Positions 39,256 to 49,560 are shown, counted from the first letter of the stretch. The stretch: 64,000 nucleotides of DNA from a bacterium (GCA_943372245.1 CALRXX020000019.1:4435-68434), one strand, 5' to 3'. Notes: generated from the sequence alone by a model not told the origin. Program-made: numbers and translations.

Positions 39256-40401
39256 TCACGCCGCCGTCGCCGCCATGTGAGGCTCGGAAGGCGCGCGGAC
39301 GGTCGCCCGCGCCCTGACCGGCACGGGCCTGAGGCACATGGCGTAGTCGCCGTCATAGGGGGTCGGCGACCACAGGGCCGGATCGGGCCCGCCAGGTGCG
39401 AACCGCGCATGGCAGTGCCCCCAGCCGCCCTCGCGTCGTGCGCCCCGGACGCGGTCGCCCAGTCGCTCCAGCATACGGGGGCTGACCATCTGGATGCGCA
39501 GCTTGGCCGCGCCCATCCGGCGGGCGCTGTCCTTCAGGGCGTCGATCAGGGCCGGAATGGCGGTGAGGTCGTCGGCCAGGGCCTCGAGGTCGAGGACTTC
39601 CAGAACCGGCGGCTCGAGGATGTTGGACTTGGCCATCATGGCCATGGCGTAGCCGGTGATCCCGGCCCCCCGGTTGAAGGCGAGCACCAGCGGCGGATCG
39701 GTCAGGTCGGGGTCGGCCAGTCGCCAGCGGAGAACCTCGGGGCTGCGGTCGGCCAGCAGCCGGCCTTCGGCGCGCAGGGCCGCCCAGAATTCGGCATATC
39801 GCGATTGATCACGGAAATCGCCCAGCACCGTCACGCCCTGCGGCAGGTCCAGCCGGGGCTTTGTCGACAGGCGGTGGTTCAACAGCCGCTCACCCCATCG
39901 GGACACGATTTCGGGCGCCAGCCGGTGGGCCGCGCGGTAAAGCCGGCCACAGGCCAGGGTCACGGGATTGATGATCCAGCTGAGTTTCAACGCATGGGTC
40001 GGTTCAGGCCAGGCCTGCATGCCGTGGCGGGCGTACAGCGGCTGGGACCGGCTGTTGGCGTTGAAGACCCAGGCGGCGAACATGCCGGGCTGGCTCGCGA
40101 AGGCGCCGAGCAATTCCGTGCTGGCCCCGCGAACCGGCGGGGTCACGATGACTGAAAAGCCTGTCGCGCCATGCAGCGGCTGATCCTTCAGCCAGAATCG
40201 CTGGACCAGATTGCCGACATGTCCGGCCGGCCGGCCGTCCGGACCGTCGACGACCCAGCCCGCGGGTGCGCCCGCGCTGAGGCGCGCCGGGTTGGCGTGC
40301 AGCCATCGCCAGCCGGCCAACGACCGTTCGGGCCAGCCCACATGGCGGTGCAACGCCTGGAGAGCGGGAAAGTCCGTTTCGGTTGTTGGACGGCTGGTCA
40401 T
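39256..40401 (-). CDS. Hypothetical protein, possible tandem GNAT-fold acyltransferase
   Basis: WRWL..NP, V.P.VRG, NSRSQPLY...G and RSPEVLRWRL..P patterns resemble GNAT-like proteins. Confidence 0.55.
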   Translation of the reverse strand: MTSRPTTETDFPALQALHRHVGWPERSLAGWRWLHANPARLSAGAPAGWVVDGPDGRPAGHVGNLVQRFWLKDQPLHGATGFSVIVTPPVRGASTELLGAFASQPGMFAAWVFNANSRSQPLYARHGMQAWPEPTHALKLSWIINPVTLACGRLYRAAHRLAPEIVSRWGERLLNHRLSTKPRLDLPQGVTVLGDFRDQSRYAEFWAALRAEGRLLADRSPEVLRWRLADPDLTDPPLVLAFNRGAGITGYAMAMMAKSNILEPPVLEVLDLEALADDLTAIPALIDALKDSARRMGAAKLRIQMVSPRMLERLGDRVRGARREGGWGHCHARFAPGGPDPALWSPTPYDGDYAMCLRPVPVRARATVRAPSEPHMAATAA

Positions 40402-40522
40402 GGCGGGCGGGCGTCTCGTTGTGAGGCGAAATCCGCCTCATGAAGGGCTCCGCTGCATCAGTCGGGCCATTCAGACACAAAGACCTGACCTCATGATTGA
40501 GATTTGACTCCGGGATGATTTG

Positions 40523-40537
40523 GAACAAAGAGTGAAC
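40523..40537. promoter_or_regulatory. LexA (SOS) box, alphaproteobacterial type
   Basis: GAAC-aaagagt-GAAC (GTTC-N7-GTTC on minus strand) 20 nt upstream of imuA. Confidence 0.9.
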
Positions 40538-40557
40538 AGCAAGATTTCCGGACCCCC

Positions 40558-41211
40558 ATGACTCCCGCTCACGCCCCATCGTCCGATCCCTGGCCCGAGC
40601 GGCCCGCGCCGCTGGAAGAGGCGTGCGCGGCCGGGGCGCGGGACATGGCGGCCCTGCTGCTGTTCGCCCTGTCGCGGCGGATCGGGGGTGACCGGCGGCC
40701 GGTGCTGGTGACCGCGCCGCGGGTCTGGTTCAGGGAGCATGGACGGCCCTACGGACCCGGCGCAGCGGGGGTTCCGCTGATCCTGGCCCCGACCACGACG
40801 GCGGCCGAGGCGTTATGGACGCTGGAACAGGCCCTGCGGTCCGGGGCCGTGGCCCTGGCCCTGGGGGCGGTGGACGGCGCGAGCCTGGCCCAGACGCGGC
40901 GGCTGGATTTCGCCGCCAAACAGGGCGAGGCGGTCGGGCTGATCCTGCCCCGGCAACTGGACGGGCTGAGCGCGGCGCGGCGGCGCTGGCGCATCTCGAC
41001 CTTTGAAAGCGCGGCGGACCCCGACGATCCGCGGGCCCCCGGTCCGGCGCGACTGGTCGCCGAACTGGTGCGTGGCCGGGGCGAGCGGCCCGGCGCCTGG
41101 ATGCTGGAGCAGGATGATGAGACGCATCGTCTCCGTCTGGCTGATCGACTGGCCGGTGACGGTCTGGCGGCGATCAGCCACGCGGGCGCGCCGTCCGGCC
41201 TCGCCGCCTGA
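40558..41211 (+). CDS. imuA: ImuA translesion synthesis accessory protein
   Basis: ALWTLEQALRSG, RRL..AA, SAARRRWRI, ELVRGRG; position before imuB. Confidence 0.85.
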   Translation: MTPAHAPSSDPWPERPAPLEEACAAGARDMAALLLFALSRRIGGDRRPVLVTAPRVWFREHGRPYGPGAAGVPLILAPTTTAAEALWTLEQALRSGAVALALGAVDGASLAQTRRLDFAAKQGEAVGLILPRQLDGLSAARRRWRISTFESAADPDDPRAPGPARLVAELVRGRGERPGAWMLEQDDETHRLRLADRLAGDGLAAISHAGAPSGLAA

Positions 41212-42739
41212 CCCCGCCCTTGATCCGCAGAACCCGTTCGCCCTGATCCTGAAGAACAGCCGGGGCGCGGCGGTCCTGCACGCGCTCAATCCGGCCGCGC
41301 GCCGGGCCGGCCTGCGCCGGGGCCAGACCCAGGCCGATGCCCGGGCCATGATCCCGCACCTGATCTGCAGGCCCGCCGACCCTGACACCGACGCCCGCGC
41401 CCTGACGACGCTGGCGGTCTGGGCCGAGCGCTGGTCGCCGTCGGTCAGCCTCGATCCGGCAGGCGAGGGGCTGGATGGCCTGTTCCTCGACGTCACGGGC
41501 GCGACCCATCTGTTCGGCGGCGAGGCGGCCCTGGCGGCGCAGATCCGGGACCGGCTGGCGGAGGCCGGCGCACGGGCGCGTGTGGCCGTGGCCCCGACGC
41601 CGGGTGCGGCCTGGGCGCTGGCCCGCTGGGGCGAGGCGGGGGGCGAGGTTGGGGGCGAGGGCGCGATCGCGGACGAGGAGACGGTCCGGGATCTCCTGGC
41701 ACCCCTGCCGGTCGAGGCCCTGCGGATCGACGACCGGACCCTGACGCAGGCGCGGCGGTTCGGGCTGAAGCGGATCGGCGACCTCTATCCCATGCCGCGG
41801 GCGGGGCTGGCGCGGCGCTTCCGCGACGGGGCCGGGGTGGGGCTGGTCCAGCGGCTGGATCAGGCGCTGGGGTTCGCGGGCGAGGCCCTGACCCCGGTGC
41901 GGCCGCCGCCGAAATACCGGGCCTGGCGGACCTGGATGGAGCCGGTCGAGGATATCGAGGGCGTGGAGGCGAGGCTGACCGAACTGGCCGCCGACCTGTC
42001 CGCGCCGCTGGTGCGCGACGGACAGGGGGCGAAGGCCCTGACCCTGACCGGCTTCCGCTCGGACGGCGGGACCACAAGTCTGTCGGTGCGGATGGGCCGG
42101 CCGGGGCGGGACGCGGGCATCTGGCTGCGGCTGTTCCGCGAGGCGGGGCTGGGCCGGCTGGAGCTCGGCTTCGGCCTCGACGCCCTGATGCTGACCGCCG
42201 ACGCGGTCGAGGCGATGACGGCGCTCCAACGGGCGCTGGAGAATGAGGTCGAGGCGAAGCAGGCCGAGAGCCTGGCCGCCCTGATCGACCGGCTGACGGC
42301 ACGGCTGGGCGAGGATCGGGTGCTGATGCCCGAGCCGGTGGACAGCTGGATCCCGGAACGGGCCGAGCGGTGGCGGCCGGCGCTGGGGCGGTCGCCGGTG
42401 GCCACGCAGGGCGACACGGGACGCCGGCCCATCCTGCTGCTCGACCCGCCGGAGCCGGTGGAGGCCATCGCCGAACTGCCCGACGGCGCCCCGGCCCGGT
42501 TCACCTGGCGCAGGCTGTCGCGGCGGGTGACCCGTGCCGACGGCCCCGAGCGGCTGTCGCCCGAATGGTGGCGGCCCCGCCCCGACGACCGGCAGGTGCG
42601 CACCCGCGACTACTATCGCGTCGAGGATGACGCGGGCGGCCGCTACTGGCTGTTCCGCGAGGGCCTGTACGGTCGGGAGTTTTCCGGCGAGCCGGAGGAG
42701 CGCGCGCCGTCCTGGTGGATGCACGGGGTGCTGCCGTGA
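41114..42739 (+). CDS. imuB: ImuB, inactive Y-family polymerase homologue
   Basis: LDVTGATHLFGGE, LPVEALRI, GPERLSPEWW, RDYYRVED. Confidence 0.93.
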   Translation: MMRRIVSVWLIDWPVTVWRRSATRARRPASPPDPALDPQNPFALILKNSRGAAVLHALNPAARRAGLRRGQTQADARAMIPHLICRPADPDTDARALTTLAVWAERWSPSVSLDPAGEGLDGLFLDVTGATHLFGGEAALAAQIRDRLAEAGARARVAVAPTPGAAWALARWGEAGGEVGGEGAIADEETVRDLLAPLPVEALRIDDRTLTQARRFGLKRIGDLYPMPRAGLARRFRDGAGVGLVQRLDQALGFAGEALTPVRPPPKYRAWRTWMEPVEDIEGVEARLTELAADLSAPLVRDGQGAKALTLTGFRSDGGTTSLSVRMGRPGRDAGIWLRLFREAGLGRLELGFGLDALMLTADAVEAMTALQRALENEVEAKQAESLAALIDRLTARLGEDRVLMPEPVDSWIPERAERWRPALGRSPVATQGDTGRRPILLLDPPEPVEAIAELPDGAPARFTWRRLSRRVTRADGPERLSPEWWRPRPDDRQVRTRDYYRVEDDAGGRYWLFREGLYGREFSGEPEERAPSWWMHGVLP

Positions 42740-45700
42740 CCGGCCCGGGCTCTGGTTGGGACGGCCAGTACGCCGAGCTCGGGGCCATGACCAATTTCAG
42801 CTTTCTGGAGGGGGCGTCGCATCCGGGCGAGCTGATGATGCAGGCGAAGTCCCTCGGGCTGGCAGCGATCGGCGTGGCGGACCGCAATACGCTGGCGGGC
42901 ATGGTCCGGGCCCTGATGGGGGCCGAGGACGTCGACCTCCCGCTGGTCGTCGGGTCGCGGCTGGGCTTTACCGACGGGACGGAGCTGATCGTCTTTCCCC
43001 GTGACCGGGCGGCCTATGGGCGGCTGTGCCGCCTGCTGTCGCTGGGCAAGAGCGAGGCGGTGCCGCAGCCGGGCGCGGACCCGGACGTCGAGCGGATCGA
43101 AAAGGCCGAGACGCGGCTGACGTTCGAACAGGCGGTGGCCATGGGCGAGGGGATGATCGCCCTGGCCCCCGCGCCGGAACGGCCCGACGCGGCCTTCGAG
43201 GCGCGGCTGGCGGCCTGGCGAAGGCGCTGGCCCGACGACCTGTATCTGGCGGCGGCCCCTCTTTGGCGGGGGGATGATCGCAAGCGGCTGAACCGGCTGG
43301 CGGCCATGGCGCAGCGCACCGGAGCCCCGATGATTGCCACCAATGCCGTGCTGTATCACCACCCCGGGCGGCGGACGCTGCAGGACGTCCTGACCTGCAT
43401 CCGCGAGGGGACGACGATCGACAGGGCGGGGCGGCGGCTGCAGGCCAATGCCGAACGCCATCTGAAGCCGCCGGCCCAGATGGCGCGGCTGTTCCGGGGG
43501 CATGAGGCGGCGCTGGCGCGGACCATGACGGTGGCGCGGGCCTGTACCTTTTCCCTGCGCGAGCTCAGTTATCAGTACCCGGACGAACCGGTCCCGCCGG
43601 GCTATTCCGCCCAGGGCTGGCTGGCCCGGCTGACGCTGAAGGGGGCCCGGTCGCGCTGGCCCGAAGGCGTCCCCAAGGCGATCCGGGCGATCATCCTGAA
43701 GGAGCTCCGGCTGGTCCGGGAGCTGAAATACGCCCCCTATTTCCTGACCGTCCACGACATCGTCGCCTGGGCCCGCGCCCGGCCCGATCCGATCCTGTGC
43801 CAGGGGCGCGGCTCGGCGGCCAATTCGGTGATCTGCTTCTGTCTGGGCATCACCAATGTCGACCCCACCCGGCAGGAGGTGCTGATCGAGCGGTTCATCT
43901 CCTCGAACCGGTCCGAGCCGCCCGACATCGACGTCGATTTCGAGCATGAGCGGCGCGAACAGGTGATGCAGTATGTCTATCAGCGCTACGGCCGCGACCG
44001 GGCGGGGATTGTGGCGACCATCATCCACTACCGCCCGCGCTCGGCGATCCGCGATGTGGGCAAGGCGCTGGGTCTGACCGAGGACGTCACCGCCCGCATG
44101 GCCGACACCGTCTGGGGCTCATGGGGCTCGGAGGTGAAGGACGAGCACGTCGACCGGGCCGGCCTGAGCCGCGACGACGTGCGGATGAAACTGGCCCTCG
44201 AACTGACGGCCGAGTTGATCCGGTTCCCCCGCCATCTGAGCCAGCACGTCGGCGGCTTCGTGCTCAGCCAGGCACCGCTGATCGAGATCGTGCCGATCGG
44301 CAATGCGGCCATGGCCGACCGCACCTTCATCGAATGGGACAAGGACGACATCGACTTCCTCAAGCTGATGAAGGTCGATGTGCTGGCCCTGGGGATGCTG
44401 ACGGCGATGAAGCGGGCCTTCCGCATGATCGGCGCGACCTATGGTCGGCACCTGCCCGACACCGCCGCCGTGCCGGTCGAGCGGCGCGGGGTCTACCGGA
44501 TGCTGTGCCGGGCAGATTCGGTGGGCGTCTTCCAGGTCGAGAGTCGGGCCCAGATGTCGATGCTGCCTCGCCTGCGGCCGGTCGAATTCTACGATCTGGT
44601 GGTCCAGGTCGCCATCGTCCGGCCCGGCCCGATCCAGGGCAATATGGTCCACCCCTATCTGCAGCGGCGGCTGGAGCGGCGGGCCCATGAGGCGCGGCAC
44701 GGCCCGGGCAGCTACCGCTTCTCCATGCCCGGCTCGGCCGCCGATCCGGACGAACTGGCCAATGTGCTGCGCAAGACCCTGGGCGTGCCCCTGTTCCAGG
44801 AACAGGCGATGAAGATCGCCATGGTCGCGGCCGAGTTCACCGGCGAGGAGGCCAATGGCCTGCGCCGGGCCATGGCCACCTTCCGGCACAACGGCACCAT
44901 CGGCAATTTCGAGGAGAAGATGGTCGGGCGGATGATCGCGCGCGGCTATGACGCCAAATTCGCGCAGAACTGTTTCAATCAGATCAAGGGGTTCGGCGAA
45001 TACGGCTTCCCCGAGAGCCACGCCTGTTCCTTCGCCCATCTGGTCTATGTCTCGGCCTGGGTAAAATGGCTGTATCCCGATGTCTTCGCCGCCTGTCTGC
45101 TGAACAGCCAGCCGATGGGCTTCTACGCCCCGGCCCAGATCGTCCGCGATGCGCGCGAGCACGGGGTCGAGGTGCGGCACCCCGACGTCAACGCCAGCGA
45201 CTGGGATGCGACGCTGGAGCCGCGTCCGCGCCGCCGCCGCCATGCCCTGCGGCTGGGGATGCGGTCGATCGACGGCTTCCGCCGGGACTGGGGCGAGGCG
45301 ATCATGGCGGCGCGGGCGGAGGGCCCCTTCGCCGATCTCGACGACCTGCGCCGCCGCGCCGCCCTGACGCCGCCCGCCCTGGACCGGCTGGCCGAGGCGG
45401 ATGCTTACGGCTCGCTGGACCTGACGCGCCGGCAGGGGGTGTGGGCGGCGAAGGGCGCGGCCCCGGCGTCCTCGGCGCCCCTGTTCGAGGCCATGGGGCT
45501 GAACGAGGCCGACGGCCGCCCGCCTGCGGCCCTGCCGGTGCTGGCCCCGTCGGAGGAGGTGGTCGGCGACTACCAGACCATCCGCCTGTCGCTGAAGGGC
45601 CATCCGGTCAGCTTCCTGCGCGAGCGGCTGACGGGCGCCGGGGCACTGACGGCGAGGGACTACCCGGCGCGGCCCAATGGCCGGAGGGTCGCGGTGGGTG

Positions 45701-46032
45701 GGGTGGTGCTGGTGCGCCAGCGGCCCGGCACGGCCAAGGGGGTCTGTTTCATGACCCTCGAGGACGAGACCGGCGTGGCCAATCTGGTCCTCTGGCCCGA
45801 TGTGTTCGAGACCTTCCGGCCGGTGGCCATGGGCGCGCGCATGGTGCTGGCGCGGGGCAAGGTCCAGACCGCCGAGGGCGTGACCCATCTGGTCGTCGAC
45901 CATCTGGAGGACTGGACCCCGATGCTGGGCCAGCTGACCCCGGACGCCGCCCCGGGCTCAGGCCATGCGCCGGCGCGGGGACGGCATCCGCGGGATGTGC
46001 AGGTGCTGCCGGGATCGCGGGATTTTCATTGA
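42736..46032 (+). CDS. dnaE2: Error-prone DNA polymerase III alpha-like DnaE2
   Basis: NFSFLEGASHP, GRGSAANS, PDIDVDF, YGFPESH, C-terminal SRDFH. Confidence 0.96.
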   Translation: MTGPGSGWDGQYAELGAMTNFSFLEGASHPGELMMQAKSLGLAAIGVADRNTLAGMVRALMGAEDVDLPLVVGSRLGFTDGTELIVFPRDRAAYGRLCRLLSLGKSEAVPQPGADPDVERIEKAETRLTFEQAVAMGEGMIALAPAPERPDAAFEARLAAWRRRWPDDLYLAAAPLWRGDDRKRLNRLAAMAQRTGAPMIATNAVLYHHPGRRTLQDVLTCIREGTTIDRAGRRLQANAERHLKPPAQMARLFRGHEAALARTMTVARACTFSLRELSYQYPDEPVPPGYSAQGWLARLTLKGARSRWPEGVPKAIRAIILKELRLVRELKYAPYFLTVHDIVAWARARPDPILCQGRGSAANSVICFCLGITNVDPTRQEVLIERFISSNRSEPPDIDVDFEHERREQVMQYVYQRYGRDRAGIVATIIHYRPRSAIRDVGKALGLTEDVTARMADTVWGSWGSEVKDEHVDRAGLSRDDVRMKLALELTAELIRFPRHLSQHVGGFVLSQAPLIEIVPIGNAAMADRTFIEWDKDDIDFLKLMKVDVLALGMLTAMKRAFRMIGATYGRHLPDTAAVPVERRGVYRMLCRADSVGVFQVESRAQMSMLPRLRPVEFYDLVVQVAIVRPGPIQGNMVHPYLQRRLERRAHEARHGPGSYRFSMPGSAADPDELANVLRKTLGVPLFQEQAMKIAMVAAEFTGEEANGLRRAMATFRHNGTIGNFEEKMVGRMIARGYDAKFAQNCFNQIKGFGEYGFPESHACSFAHLVYVSAWVKWLYPDVFAACLLNSQPMGFYAPAQIVRDAREHGVEVRHPDVNASDWDATLEPRPRRRRHALRLGMRSIDGFRRDWGEAIMAARAEGPFADLDDLRRRAALTPPALDRLAEADAYGSLDLTRRQGVWAAKGAAPASSAPLFEAMGLNEADGRPPAALPVLAPSEEVVGDYQTIRLSLKGHPVSFLRERLTGAGALTARDYPARPNGRRVAVGGVVLVRQRPGTAKGVCFMTLEDETGVANLVLWPDVFETFRPVAMGARMVLARGKVQTAEGVTHLVVDHLEDWTPMLGQLTPDAAPGSGHAPARGRHPRDVQVLPGSRDFH

Positions 46033-46045
46033 GGGTGACTCGGTC

Positions 46046-46217
46046 CTTGTCATCCCCGACGAACCCCGGCGAAGGCCGGGGGGAGATCGGGGACGGGACC
46101 AGCTTTCCATTTGTCTCTCCCGGACAGCCCGCAGGGCTGAGCCGGGAGCAAGGCGGGCGCCGCGCCCGGCCTGACCCGTCTCCCGGCTCGCCGCTTTGCG
46201 GCGTCCGGGATGACAAG
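46046..46217. repeat. 172-bp palindromic intergenic element with terminal inverted repeats
   Basis: cttgtcatccccgacg / cgtccgggatgacaag (15/16 complementary) with nested internal hairpins. Confidence 0.75.
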
Positions 46218-46293
46218 CGTTCATCGCCTTCCGTGGGAACTGGCGGCTGCACTCCGATGATGACATCGTCCCGGACACGAGGAGGAGCCGATC

Positions 46294-46848
46294 ATGGACT
46301 GTCGCACCTTTGCCCGACTTGGCCTCATTGCCATCCTTGTGAGCACGCCCGCCATCGCCAGCGCACAGGATCGCCAGATACCGTCCGACCGGTTGGTGAC
46401 CATCACGGTCGCCGAAGACCGGCCTTACACAATCGCACATTCGATCGTCATCGAGGCGGGCCAGCCCGTTTACGCGCGAACCGGGGCGGAGCTGGAAGGT
46501 CGCTCATGGACGGCGACGCGCACCTCCGAAAGAGGGACCGAAACCATCCATTCCGACGCCTGCCCCGCGCTGCGCACGGTCGCCCTGTCTTTCGCAACCC
46601 TGCCGCCAATAGAGGTCCGGCCGATGCCATCCGTCGCTCACGGCGGCGAACCCGGCGCAGCCCTGCCGATGCCTCCGACAAGGAAGGACGGCTTCTCGAC
46701 CCGACTGACGTTCGCAACCGAGACCGCTGACGGTTCCTATGCCTCGGTCGAAGTGGCCGGGGGCAACGACTACAGTCGATGGGGGCATGACGCCGTATCG
46801 GCGCTACTGCGATGCTGGGGACCGCTGACGCCGACCGGGGTGCCCTGA
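46294..46848 (+). CDS. Exported hypothetical protein
   Basis: AGGAGGAG SD, signal peptide ASA-QD. Confidence 0.7.
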   Translation: MDCRTFARLGLIAILVSTPAIASAQDRQIPSDRLVTITVAEDRPYTIAHSIVIEAGQPVYARTGAELEGRSWTATRTSERGTETIHSDACPALRTVALSFATLPPIEVRPMPSVAHGGEPGAALPMPPTRKDGFSTRLTFATETADGSYASVEVAGGNDYSRWGHDAVSALLRCWGPLTPTGVP

Positions 46849-46856
46849 ACTTCAGC

Positions 46857-47042
46857 CTAACCCCGTCGCCGAACCCGCCACACCCACACGCGGTAGCCCA
46901 CGATCGGCGCGAACCCGCCGACCAGGGCGGCGATCAGGACTGTCCAGAAGCCGCCGCCGAGGCCGTATTCGCCGACCGCGGCCCCGACTCCGGCCGCGAG
47001 AAGCGGGCCGAGCCAGGGCAGCCAGGCGGGAGGCCTAGGCAT
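46857..47042 (-). CDS. Small two-TM membrane protein (61 aa)
   Basis: ATG overlaps the hppD end; two hydrophobic helices and a basic C-terminus. Confidence 0.55.
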   Translation of the reverse strand: MPRPPAWLPWLGPLLAAGVGAAVGEYGLGGGFWTVLIAALVGGFAPIVGYRVWVWRVRRRG

Positions 47043-48138
47043 CCACCTTGATGACGCCGCGCCGGATCTGGTCCAGCTCGATGGAGTCGAACAGGGCCTG
47101 GAAATTGCCCTCGCCGAACGCCTGGTTGCCCTTGCGCTGGATGATCTCGAAGAAGATCGGACCGAAGGTGTCCTGGGTGAAGATCTGCAGCAGCAGGCCG
47201 TCCTCGTCCGAGCCGTCGATCAGGATGCGGTTCAGCCGCATCCGGGCCACGTCCTCGCCGTGGTTGGGCAGGCGTTTGTCGATCAGGTCGAAATAGGTCT
47301 CGATCGTATCCTGGAAGGGGATGCCGCGACGCTTCAGTTCCTCGACCGTCTCGAAGATGTTGTCGGTGGCCAGGGCGATGTGCTGGATGCCCTCGCCGTT
47401 GTAGCGGCGCAGGAATTCCTCGATCTGGCTGTTCTCGTCCTGGCTCTCGTTCAGGGGGATGCGGATGGCGCGGTCGGGGGCGATCATCGCCTGGGACAGC
47501 AGGCCGGTCGCCTTGCCCTTGATGTTGAAATATTTCTGCTCCTCGAAGGCGAAGACATCGCCGTAGAAGCCGGACCAGGTGCGCATCTGGCCGCGCCGGA
47601 CGTTGTGGGTCAGGTGGTCGAGGCTGAACAGGTTCACGGAATTCTTGCGCTCGGCCTCCTCCCAACCCTCGATCTCGTCCCAGCCGTCATAGAGGGAGCC
47701 GGCCTCGCCATAGGCGTCGATAACGTAGAGCAGCGAGCCGCCGATGCCCTGCAGCACATAGGGATAGCCGCCGGCCAGGGCCCCGCCCTCGTGACCTTCG
47801 GCCGGTCTGGCACCGCGCGACACCGCGCCCTCAAAGGCCGATTTCGCATCACGGACGCGGAAGGCCATGCCGTTGGCCGAGGGGCCGTGGTCGCCGGCGA
47901 ACGCGGCCGCCTGACCCCTGGGCGAGCGGTGGACCAGCATGGTGATGTCGCCCTGCTTCAGGCGCACCACATCATTGGCCGGGTTCACATGGGTGGCGGT
48001 GAAACCCATCAGCTCCAGCCGCGCGACCATGGCCGCCGGATCGGGGCCGGTGAATTCGACGAACTCGAAGCCGTCGACGCCGAGCGGGTTTTCCTTGTCC
48101 AGCCGGGCGGCCGCTTCGGCTTGGGGCGCGTCGTGCAT
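47035..48138 (-). CDS. hppD: 4-hydroxyphenylpyruvate dioxygenase
   Basis: DGFEFVEF, DHLTHNV, GEGIQHIAL, FFEIIQRKG..FGEGNF. Confidence 0.96.
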   Translation of the reverse strand: MHDAPQAEAAARLDKENPLGVDGFEFVEFTGPDPAAMVARLELMGFTATHVNPANDVVRLKQGDITMLVHRSPRGQAAAFAGDHGPSANGMAFRVRDAKSAFEGAVSRGARPAEGHEGGALAGGYPYVLQGIGGSLLYVIDAYGEAGSLYDGWDEIEGWEEAERKNSVNLFSLDHLTHNVRRGQMRTWSGFYGDVFAFEEQKYFNIKGKATGLLSQAMIAPDRAIRIPLNESQDENSQIEEFLRRYNGEGIQHIALATDNIFETVEELKRRGIPFQDTIETYFDLIDKRLPNHGEDVARMRLNRILIDGSDEDGLLLQIFTQDTFGPIFFEIIQRKGNQAFGEGNFQALFDSIELDQIRRGVIKVDA

Positions 48139-48243
48139 GGGGCGTCTCCTGGGGTCGTGCGGCGTTGATCGCCGCTTTCGGGCGGAAACTAGGGGCGGAG
48201 AGGCGCGAAGGGAAGGCGGGGCGTGGTCACAGGACCGGGAGCG

Positions 48244-49557
48244 TCACCCGCGCCCGGCGAAGGCGGCCAGGGCGGCGTCGAAAATCACCTCTTCCCACGG
48301 GGCGGCGGCCGAGCGCGCGCCTGACAGGCCCTCGCCGTCCCGGGGCGTGCCGGAGATCATATAGGCCAGGGTGCGGCCGTCCCGCCGGTTCCAGAACAGG
48401 CCGGACTGCAGGCCATAGGCGATACCGAAATGACCGCGCCAGTCCCGCGAATCGGGACCCAGGAAGGCGTCGCCCTCCCGCCCGGTCAGGAGGTGCACCG
48501 ACAGACCATAGCTCTGGAGCAGGCCCCGGTCCGGATCGCCGTTCGGGGCTGCGGGATCCCAGGTCCAGAGCGGCACCCCCATGCGTTCGACAGTCTCGCG
48601 CGCGACCATCCCCGGCACGCCGTCATGACCGGCATACGACCGGGCCAGCCGGTCGAGGTCGCGGACCGAGGCGCGCAGCCCGCCCTGGGGCGAGAAGACA
48701 AAGCCGTTCTCGCCGGGGACATAGTCATCCGCCGTCAGGCCGGGGGCTTCGGCCGGGGTGGTGACGCGGATGGCCGGGGCAGGGGCGACCTCGCCATCGA
48801 CCTGCGGTTCCCAGACCCCGTCGACCGGCCGGCAGGCGGCGGAGGCGCGGGCACGGACGCTGTCGGGGACGCCGCTCCAGTTCAGCCCGCTGTCCAGCCC
48901 GAGCGGGTCCAGCGTCGTCCGCTTCAGGAAACGGTCGAACCGTTCACCGGACACCCGCTCCGCGATCTGGGCGAGGACGGCGAAATTGACGTCGGCATAG
49001 GCGAAGAAGCCCGGCGGCTCGGACGCCGGGGCGAACCAGCCGCCGTCGTCGAAATGCCGCCCGTCGGCCGTGAACGCCTCCGCCAGTCGGTGCCCGAGCG
49101 GGACCGGGTAGCTGGGGCCGTTGCGCAGGCCCGAGGTGTGGCTGGCCAGCATGGCGGGCGTGATGCGGACGTCCGGATGGTCCGGATGGCGCAGCCGAAA
49201 ACCCGCCAGATCACCGGCGTCATCGTCGAGCGAGAGCCGACCTGCCTCGACCAGGGTCATGAGCGCGGTCATGGCCACCAGTTTGGTGATCGAGGCGATC
49301 CGCATCGGCGTATCGAGGGTGAAGGGCCTGGTCCGCAGGTCGCCGTCGACCGTCAGCCGCCCCGATCCGTGCGCCTCTTCCAGCACCACCCGTCCGGCAC
49401 CGTCGCGGGCGATCACGCCGACGCCCATGACCGTGTCCGGGCGGGCCGGATCGGCCAGGGCGGCGAGCGTCGTCGCCCCGGTCCCGGCCCGCGCGAAACT
49501 GCCGATCCAGGGCAGGACAGCGGCGGTGGCGATCAGGCTCCGGCGATCAGGGCGCAC
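48244..49557 (-). CDS. Serine hydrolase, beta-lactamase/S12 family
   Basis: RIASITK (SxxK), HTSGL, YADVN, GH.G; twin-arginine-like DRRSLI. Confidence 0.85.
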   Translation of the reverse strand: MRPDRRSLIATAAVLPWIGSFARAGTGATTLAALADPARPDTVMGVGVIARDGAGRVVLEEAHGSGRLTVDGDLRTRPFTLDTPMRIASITKLVAMTALMTLVEAGRLSLDDDAGDLAGFRLRHPDHPDVRITPAMLASHTSGLRNGPSYPVPLGHRLAEAFTADGRHFDDGGWFAPASEPPGFFAYADVNFAVLAQIAERVSGERFDRFLKRTTLDPLGLDSGLNWSGVPDSVRARASAACRPVDGVWEPQVDGEVAPAPAIRVTTPAEAPGLTADDYVPGENGFVFSPQGGLRASVRDLDRLARSYAGHDGVPGMVARETVERMGVPLWTWDPAAPNGDPDRGLLQSYGLSVHLLTGREGDAFLGPDSRDWRGHFGIAYGLQSGLFWNRRDGRTLAYMISGTPRDGEGLSGARSAAAPWEEVIFDAALAAFAGRG

Positions 49558-49560
49558 CGG

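Noticed and set aside
40558-46032. imuA-imuB-dnaE2 as a novel system
   Set aside because: Well-described SOS mutagenesis cassette with a canonical LexA box
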